Below, in pieces: positions 21,884-29,207 of a stretch of DNA of 29,207 nt. A program made the translations under genes and the position numbers. Origin of the DNA: Catajapyx aquilonaris. Lineage: Eukaryota. Below the pieces are notes generated by a model that worked only from the letters and a program-made list of their open reading frames with translations, had not been told where the DNA came from and made no database searches. The DNA lies in assembly GCA_000934665.2 (NCBI GenBank), contig JYFJ02001109.1, forward strand, positions 62,001-91,207. Direction: 5' to 3'. How positions within the stretch are numbered: position 1 is the stretch's first letter; every line of letters starts with the position of its first letter.

Positions 21884-23932
21884 ATGTCCGGGTTGCAAGT
21901 GTTGGTCATTTTCTCCGTGGCCATGGTCATGTTTGGTGGCCACACATCATCGTTATCTGGTGTTGGGAAGAACGTGTCCGATCTGATGGAAGAAAAGAGG
22001 AAGGGTGGGAAGAAAGGGGAGTGGTGGGCAGTGTCCAGACTGGTGAGGGGCGTCCTGGACACGAGGGAGGACATGCGGGGATGCGGCCTGGTCATATCCA
22101 CTGACCTCGTCGGGTCGTCGGGCGTCTGGGAGGAACTGTGGATGCCTCTTCTCAAAGGTCACTCGGACAAGTACCTCCCATCCTTCTCGCTCCAGATGAC
22201 CTCCTTCTCACACTCCTTCACAGACTACCCCTGGCTCAAGAGTCAAGCTGACCTCTTGGACTTCACCACCGTCCCTCCTGACCTTCTCGTGACCTCAGGG
22301 TGGTCAACCTCTCCCTGCACCCTGCACCTCCTCCTCCCCTCCTCCCCGTCCTCCCTCCCACAACTGGTCATGTCCACCGCCTTCAAGGTCAAGGTCAGTC
22401 CACTCGACGACCGTTTCCTCATCCACTTCCCTCAGAGGTCATTTCACCCTATGGAGGTCCATCGAGTGCTGACCTCGCCCCCTGTCAGTGCCCTCAGGCT
22501 GAAAGCGTCCAGTCGAATGGAAGAAGATGGTGTCATGAGGGTGGAGACTGTCTGCTTCTTTTGTGCAGAAGGTGGTCAACCGATGGTCATCGATCTCGGG
22601 GACGTCAGCCATGCTGACAACTTCTTCAAAAATTACGACTTAAACCAAATGAACCGGAAGCCAGTTGTGGCTGGTTTTTACTACCCACCAACTGACATGG
22701 AGGACGTCCGAAGGAACAAAAAAGACCTGGGAGAAGTTTATCTAAGGCCTTCTGATAGAGTTTTCATGGTGTTTGAGGAAGCAGTAAACTGTTTCATTTC
22801 GGAGATTTATGATAAGTTGCCGAGCAGTATCAATTTTGACCAGCTTCTAGACAACGGTACTTGGGACGGACTGACGGCGGATTTGTTGTCAGGACGGACC
22901 GATTTCATAGGTTCCGTACCCTACACGTCGGACTCCTATCGGCATACCATCTTGACGGATCCATTTGTTTACGGACATACAACATTCGCCACAAGAAGAC
23001 CCGGAGGAGTTATCAGCTGGAGTGTCATCTACAGGCCATACGTCCTCTCCTTCTGGGTGTCCTTGGGGGTCACCTTAGCCCTTCTCCCGATTGTGATGAG
23101 CAGATTCTCCCTCTGCGACCCTTCTCGGGGGAGGTCAGAGGCCGAAGGGCAGCGACTGACCCTGCTGGGATCCCTCCACATCCTGGCCAGACACATGATA
23201 GAACAGCCCATTCCCTTCCCCACGTCCCGTCGCTTTCTCTTCCTGTCCGCCGCCTTCCTCTTCTTCTCCACCGTGGTCATCACTGGTTACAAGGCCAAGG
23301 TGGTCTCCTTCCTGACCTTTCCCCCGAGGGAGTTTGTCCCGAAGAACTGGAGGGAACTGGCGGAATCGGATTGGATGATCGAAACTGATATATTCAATCA
23401 TATGATCTGGAAGAAATGCCTCTCCTATGTCGACGATCCTTTCTACCACATATTGGATGAGAAGATGTACATTGATCAAGGTGTCCAAAGTTGCCTGGGT
23501 AAGATACAAAGAGAGCAAATCGTCTGCGGAGGTGTGAATTTAATGTTGGATCACATGACTCACCTCTTTCGAGACACTTCCGGGCAGCCAACCTTCCGTT
23601 ACTCAGATGACAACATATTTCCTACGTACGTCGGACCCGCCTGTCCCCGTGGACAAACCATGGCGTATCACATCGCAGGAAAATTTATCCGATTCATAAA
23701 TGAAAATGATATGGCAACAGTCATCTTGCATGATTACATGTACATGATGTTTCTCCGTTCCTTGGATCGAATCCGGGCCAGGGAGAGGGACAACCCCCAA
23801 AAGGCAGAGGAAGTGTTGACCAGGACAAAACTATCTGCCATCTTCAACATGTGGTTGGTGGGACTGGCAATTGCACTGGGTGCATTTGCAGTTGAAATCT
23901 TGGGTCGCAAGAGAAATGGGCGACAAGAATAA
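21884..23932 (+). CDS. Divergent ionotropic receptor (IR; variant iGluR-family chemoreceptor), copy 1, 682 aa, intronless
   Basis: Hydrophobic N-terminal signal; S1 motif NGTWDGLTADLLSGRTDF; pre-M1/M1 IYRPYVLSFWVSLGVTLALL; M3-type VVITGYKAKVVSFLTFP; terminal TM LSAIFNMWLVGLAIALGAFAVEI. Confidence 0.9.
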   Translation: MSGLQVLVIFSVAMVMFGGHTSSLSGVGKNVSDLMEEKRKGGKKGEWWAVSRLVRGVLDTREDMRGCGLVISTDLVGSSGVWEELWMPLLKGHSDKYLPSFSLQMTSFSHSFTDYPWLKSQADLLDFTTVPPDLLVTSGWSTSPCTLHLLLPSSPSSLPQLVMSTAFKVKVSPLDDRFLIHFPQRSFHPMEVHRVLTSPPVSALRLKASSRMEEDGVMRVETVCFFCAEGGQPMVIDLGDVSHADNFFKNYDLNQMNRKPVVAGFYYPPTDMEDVRRNKKDLGEVYLRPSDRVFMVFEEAVNCFISEIYDKLPSSINFDQLLDNGTWDGLTADLLSGRTDFIGSVPYTSDSYRHTILTDPFVYGHTTFATRRPGGVISWSVIYRPYVLSFWVSLGVTLALLPIVMSRFSLCDPSRGRSEAEGQRLTLLGSLHILARHMIEQPIPFPTSRRFLFLSAAFLFFSTVVITGYKAKVVSFLTFPPREFVPKNWRELAESDWMIETDIFNHMIWKKCLSYVDDPFYHILDEKMYIDQGVQSCLGKIQREQIVCGGVNLMLDHMTHLFRDTSGQPTFRYSDDNIFPTYVGPACPRGQTMAYHIAGKFIRFINENDMATVILHDYMYMMFLRSLDRIRARERDNPQKAEEVLTRTKLSAIFNMWLVGLAIALGAFAVEILGRKRNGRQE

Positions 23933-24021
23933 GATCATGCACTATTTTGATGACTCACAGTCAGATTCTCCCACTCACCATTAATATGGACTCGAACACC
24001 TCTCCCTTGTTTTATCAGGCT

Positions 24022-24159
24022 CGTATACTGATCAATACCACTCGCAATTGACGTCAAAATGACGTCGCCGACTAATCCTTGGGAAGGGGGAAGCGAAAGG
24101 TGACGTCATTTTGACGTCAATCACGAGTGTCGATTGCGAGTGGCCATGATCAGTATACG
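24022..24159. mobile_element. Short palindromic MITE-like element downstream of IR copy 1
   Basis: Arms CGTATACTGATCA..CCACTCGCAAT..TGACGTCAAAATGACGTC and the reverse complement, with a 12-nt insertion in the right arm. Confidence 0.6.
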
Positions 24160-24745
24160 CGTCCAGGAATTATCGCAATATTATTCTGAAGATGTTGGAT
24201 GAGAGAGGGGAGCTGTGGGAAATATATAAATGAGCCACATACATTTTAAATCCATTTCCACAACTTAATATATTTGTCTACATGACAAAAAAACACAAAT
24301 AATGTGGATGTGGGATTGCACACTAAATAGTTCACAACCATCACTATCACTTGTCGTTGTCATTGTTGTTTGTTGCTGCTGTTGTTCTTAACGTATTTAT
24401 TGTCGTCGTCGTTGCAGTTATATACTTGTATAAAGGCGCATACACACAGGCCGTCGACGGTTTTGGTCTTTGGTCGCGTTGACGCCGCGGACCAATCATG
24501 ACTCATGTAAACACACTGTAAACAATGTGTTGCGCTTGTTGTGTTGTGACAAATACCTTGACTAGTATGTCACTCACTTAAATACTATACTATACCGGTA
24601 CTACTATTGTCCCCAATGTCTGTCACGGCGGGACTGGGACTGAAACTGAAACTATCCATAACTCATTTTCGGCCCCCTCCCTCCTCCTATCATCTTTCCG
24701 CCCCTTTCCCCTTTAAAAAACGTATTCTAGCAAACCCATCTTTTA

Positions 24746-25043
24746 GATATTTTTTCATCCATCGAAAAAAGTCTTATAGCACGGCTCTGTCCGTCCGTCC
24801 GTCCGTGGACATGTTTCAGGTATCATGGGGTAGGAGGAAGGATGGGGGGAAAGGGTGATTTGGGGGAAGGGGCAGATAGTGAACCCGGAACCTGTCTGTC
24901 TGTCTGTCTTAGGGGGGGAATGGGACGTCGGGGGTTGGGGATGGTGGGGGAGAGGGGATCTGTTAGTCTGTCTGATACATGCCCACAGACAGACAGACAG
25001 ACAGACAGAGCCGTTCTATAAGACTTTTTTCTTCAAAAAAGTC
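24746..25043. mobile_element. Inverted-repeat element with (GTCC/GTCT)n microsatellites and a terminal hairpin; HINE/DINE-1-like or MITE
   Basis: About 55-60-bp inverted arms at 24764-24819 and 24972-25031; perfect stem-loop GACTTTTTT-CTTC-AAAAAAGTC at 25022-25043. Confidence 0.65.
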
Positions 25044-26038
25044 ACAAATTATTCTCTGCCCAGTCGTCCGCCTGAACCACTGCAAATTTATAACTACAGT
25101 CCCTTCTCTTTGTCTATAGTCAACCTCTGACCTTCACCTGTAGCTACTTGGCATTGTACTAAGGTATTAATTAATAAACACTTGGAGTGAAGTAACAAGT
25201 GTCATTCCTTCTCTTTAGACATTAGCGCCTTTAACAGGAACCACTATTTTAGTTTCAGAGGAGGTCTCCTCGCATAGCTTGGCTAGTGTTGAAATCAGTT
25301 TGGCCCCATATTATTGCGTCTCACACATGCGATCTGATTAGATCCGGTTTGGTGTGGGATATTGAGCTGATATAATCGGCGAAGGAGTGTGGCGAAACGG
25401 GGCGAAGTTGACCCCAGTGATTGCCACCTTGGCAGTGGGTTGGCCAAGGATTGACCAAGAAGGAAGGTTACATAACCAATAGTTTCAGGAGCTAGCTTTT
25501 GTGTTGGTGTTAATCGTCGTGTTATATGTGTGGCGTTGGAGTGACCGCAGCAATGTTTTTGAGCGATATAGTACCTGCTCCTAAGTACTTGAGAGATGAC
25601 GTCCGCCATCTGGTGAGATGGGAAAGCAATTAAGGTTAATTGCTATATTAGATTATAGAGACGGTCTATACAGTTCTATACAGGTCTTACAGTTCGACAA
25701 ACCCCCCCCCCCCCTCCCCGAAAAAAATCATGGGTGCGCCACTGAGGCTATCTTAATTCCTTTGGGGTCCGAAAATACCACACGGTACGTTTCCAGGGTT
25801 AAAAGGGTTGGATAGTTGCTATTTTCATTAGTTTAATCTTGGCCATACCCAGGAAAGGCCGCTTTCGAAATTCAACACATGATACAATCGGATTTGCACA
25901 TTCTTACATCAGATTATTACGACGCATTAGCAAGGTCTTGGAGTGGCAATGGGTGCAATTAGGTATTGAACAGAGTTGAGGGATGGGAGGCATGTGGGGG
26001 ACGAATGTGCTTGAGCCACGCCAGTGTGTATGTGAAAC

Positions 26039-28093
26039 ATGTTCGGGTTGCAAGTGTTGGTCATTTGCTACGTGGCCATGGTCATGTTTGGTGGCCACAC
26101 ATCATCATCATTTTCATTTGGTGTTGGGAAGAACGTGTCTTGTTTGATGGAAGAGAAGAGGACGGGTAGGGAAGCAGGAGAGTGGTGGGCAGTGTCCAGA
26201 CTGGTGAGGGGCGTCCTGGACACGAGGGAGGACATTCGGGAATGTGGCCTGGTCATGTCCACTGACTTCGTCGGGTCATCGGGCGTCTGGGAGGTATTGT
26301 GGATGCCTCTTCTCAAAGGTCACTCGGACAAGTACCTCCCATCCTTCTCCCTCAGGACGACCTCTTTCCCACACTCCTTCACAGACTACCCCTGGCTCAA
26401 GAGTCAAGCTGACCTCTTGGACTTCACCACCGTCCCTCCTGACCTTCTCGTCACCTCCGCCTGGTCATCCTCTCCCTGCACCCTGCACCTCCTCTTCCCA
26501 TCCTCCCCGGCCTCGCTCCCAGAACTTGTCATGTCCACCGCCTTCAAGGTCAAGGTCAGTCCACTCGACGACCGTTTCCTCATCCACTTCCCTCAGAGGT
26601 CATTTCACCCTATGGAGGTCCATCGAGTGCTGACCTCGCCCCCTGTCAGTGCCCTCAGGCTGAAAGTGTCCAGTCGAATGGAAGAAGATGGTGTTATGAA
26701 GATGGAGACTGTCTGCTTCTTTTGTGCAGACGGTGGTCGACCGATGGTCATCGATCTCGGGGACGTCAGCCATGCTGACAACTTCTTCAAAAACTACGAC
26801 TTAAACCAAATGAACCGGAAGCCAGTTGTGGCTGGATATTACTACCCACCAACTGACATGGAGGACGTGCGAAGGAACAAAAGAGAACTGGGAGAAGTTC
26901 ATCTCAGTCCTTCTGACAGGGCTTTCTTGGTGTTTGAGGAAGCAGTAAACTGTTTCATTTCGGAGGTTTATGATAAGTTGCCGAGCAGTGTCAACTTTGA
27001 CCAGCTTCTAGACAACGGTACTTGGGACGGACTGACGGCGGATTTGTTGTCAGGACGGACCGATTTCATAGGTTCCGTACCCTACACGTCGGACTCCTAT
27101 CGGCATACCATCTTGACGGATCCATTTGTTTACGGACATGCAACATTCGCCACAAGAAGACCCGGAGGAGTTATCAGCTGGAGTGTCATCTACAGGCCAT
27201 ACGTCCTCTCCTTCTGGGTGTCCTTGGGGGTCACCTTAGCCCTTCTCCCGATTGCGATGAGCAGACTTTCCCGCTGCGACCCTTCTCGAGGGAGGTCAGA
27301 GGTCGAAGGGCAGCGACTGACCCTGCTGGGATCCCTCCACATCCTGGCCAGACACATGATAGAACAGCCCATTCCCTTCCCCACATCCCGTCGCTTTCTC
27401 TTCCTGTCCGCCGCCTTCCTCTTCTTCTCCACCGTGGTCATCACTGGCTACAAGGCCAAGGTGGTCTCCTTCCTGACCTTTCCCCCGAGGGAGTTTGTCC
27501 CGAAGAACTGGAGGGAACTGGCGGAATCGGATTGGATGATCGACACTGATATATTTAATCAATTGATCTGGAAGAAATGCCTCTCCTATGTCGACGATCC
27601 TTTCTACCACATATTGGATGAGAAGATGTACATTGATCAAGGTGTCCAAAGTTGCCTGGGTAAGATACAAAGAGAGAAAATCGTCTGCGGAGGTGTGAAT
27701 TTAATGTTGGATCACATGACTCACCTCTTTCGAGACACTTCTGGGCAGCCAACATTCTCTTACTCAGATGACAACATATTTCCTACGTACGTTGGACCCG
27801 CCTACCCCCGTGGACACACCATGGCGTATCGCATGGGGAGAAAATTCATCCGATACATGAATGAAAATGATATGATAACAGTCTTCATGCGTGATTACAT
27901 GTACCGGATGTTCCTCCGTTCCTTGGATAGAATCCGGGCCAGGGAGAGGGACAACCCCAAAAAGGCAGAGGAAGTGTTGACCAGGACAAAACTATCTGCC
28001 ATCTTCAACATGTGGTTGGTTGGACTTGCAATTGCACTGGGTGCATTTGCTGCTGAAATTTTCGGTCGCAAGAGAAATGGGCGTGAAATATAA
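26039..28093 (+). CDS. Divergent ionotropic receptor (IR), copy 2, 684 aa, intronless tandem paralog
   Basis: Same motifs as copy 1; about 64 substitutions plus a 2-aa indel by manual comparison (about 90% identity). Confidence 0.9.
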   Translation: MFGLQVLVICYVAMVMFGGHTSSSFSFGVGKNVSCLMEEKRTGREAGEWWAVSRLVRGVLDTREDIRECGLVMSTDFVGSSGVWEVLWMPLLKGHSDKYLPSFSLRTTSFPHSFTDYPWLKSQADLLDFTTVPPDLLVTSAWSSSPCTLHLLFPSSPASLPELVMSTAFKVKVSPLDDRFLIHFPQRSFHPMEVHRVLTSPPVSALRLKVSSRMEEDGVMKMETVCFFCADGGRPMVIDLGDVSHADNFFKNYDLNQMNRKPVVAGYYYPPTDMEDVRRNKRELGEVHLSPSDRAFLVFEEAVNCFISEVYDKLPSSVNFDQLLDNGTWDGLTADLLSGRTDFIGSVPYTSDSYRHTILTDPFVYGHATFATRRPGGVISWSVIYRPYVLSFWVSLGVTLALLPIAMSRLSRCDPSRGRSEVEGQRLTLLGSLHILARHMIEQPIPFPTSRRFLFLSAAFLFFSTVVITGYKAKVVSFLTFPPREFVPKNWRELAESDWMIDTDIFNQLIWKKCLSYVDDPFYHILDEKMYIDQGVQSCLGKIQREKIVCGGVNLMLDHMTHLFRDTSGQPTFSYSDDNIFPTYVGPAYPRGHTMAYRMGRKFIRYMNENDMITVFMRDYMYRMFLRSLDRIRARERDNPKKAEEVLTRTKLSAIFNMWLVGLAIALGAFAAEIFGRKRNGREI

Positions 28094-28671
28094 GATCTTT
28101 GTCATTGGAGATGCTATTTTGAAATGCATACATATTTAGGGCTATATACAATATAGGCAGGTGTTAAGTGTCATTTTAATGCATTTATTGTCGTGGTTGA
28201 CGTCGTCATCGACATTCAAAAAATCGTTTTTTTTTGTTTGTTTGTTTGTTTTTTTTAAAAAAATCTATTGTCATTTCGTGCGTTGAATGCGGCAAACCAC
28301 GTCCCGAAATTCAAAAAATTTGCGCGTCGGGAGCGGACGCCCGGCAACCTTGCCTGGCAAGGCCCCTTCCTCCCTCCACCTACCCGTTGGCATGAGCGTC
28401 AACAGGTGCTGCTCCCGCGCGGACGCGGATGCACTACACCTGTCCTGCTGACCACAGAATATCTGTGTCACACTAACGTATTATTTGGATCGCATTACCG
28501 CTCTGTTACGTAACCCTACTTTTAACTTTAAACGCGTTTTTCTCAGTTTTCCAGATTTGGAAACTGTCGACAACGCCCAGGCCACAAAATTTAGCTGCGA
28601 ACTTCCCACTTCACCAGTTTATCCTCAAACATGGCGCTATCCAACGGCCCCAAAGAATTAGCCTGCACGAA

Positions 28672-29016
28672 TCTTTATATCTATAAATAAGGAAGTTTGG
28701 ATGTTTGTCCCTTATAGAAATCCAGGGGAAGGCCCCTACACCGCCTTAAATTAGCATATCGGGGGTTACTTTTTCCAAGGAATCTAACGCCGCATGTTTC
28801 AGCTTCCGAAAATGTACCTAACTCCCACAACACGCATATTCCTGCCTCAACAATTAGCTTACATCAATCACAATAAATCAATTTGCATTCCCATGGAAAT
28901 GCCTCTCTTTTTTTAGCTATTTACCTCCCTGCATCGTACCGCAGGGGGGGAACCTTTATTTTGTCTTGATGGAACCTTTTTGACGTAGCGCCCGGGCCCA
29001 CGGGCAGGGTGACTGG
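28672..29016 (+). mobile_element. Candidate non-autonomous Helitron
   Basis: 5' a|TCTTTATATCTATAAAT...TGTTTGTCC; 3' GC hairpin GCCCG-GGCCCA-CGGGC followed 7 nt later by CTGG (fits CTRR); the next base is G rather than T. Confidence 0.4.
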
Positions 29017-29207
29017 GAGGGGATGTGCAAGGTGCAAGTGCAATTGAATGGGTTAGTACCATAACGTGCTAAGCCACAAAACCTTCATTCTGAGATATGG
29101 GCTTTCAAACGTTTGGCTTAACATGGCAAATCATACAAAACAAGGAACATTATTCGTGATTTTCTCGTGATCTATGGGGAATTTTTCTAACTACGTGATG
29201 CCCACTT

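Noticed and set aside
22861..23388. 175-aa alternate-frame ORF conserved in both IR copies (also 27022..27549) and antisense ORFs
   Set aside because: Conservation follows from near-identical DNA; these are shadow frames of GC-rich coding sequence.
25700..25744. CAGTGGCGCACCCA-type MITE terminus on the minus strand
   Set aside because: Only one end is visible and no partner TIR was found.

Overview
Repeat-rich eukaryotic genomic DNA, most likely from an arthropod (inferred from divergent ionotropic receptors and the SINE type; the species cannot be determined). (1) A 7-coding-exon minus-strand gene (CDS 14661->5744, 1827 nt, 608 aa; all introns GT-AG with compatible phases) encodes a two-PDZ-domain scaffold of the Drosophila Arc / PDZD2 / pro-IL-16-like type. 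(2) Two tandem intronless divergent ionotropic receptor (IR, variant iGluR chemoreceptor) genes lie on the plus strand, about 90% identical in protein by manual count. (3) Three copies of a tRNA-derived SINE, several candidate non-autonomous DNA elements, and many distinct satellites fill the introns and intergenic DNA. No prokaryotic system or CRISPR array is present, and I cannot support a wholly new biological system. The best leads are ligand-domain-focused divergence of the IR pair, unrelated satellites sharing a perfect nuclear-receptor DR1 motif, and a CRE-rich hairpin just after IR copy 1. All calls are from reading the sequence; no searches were run.
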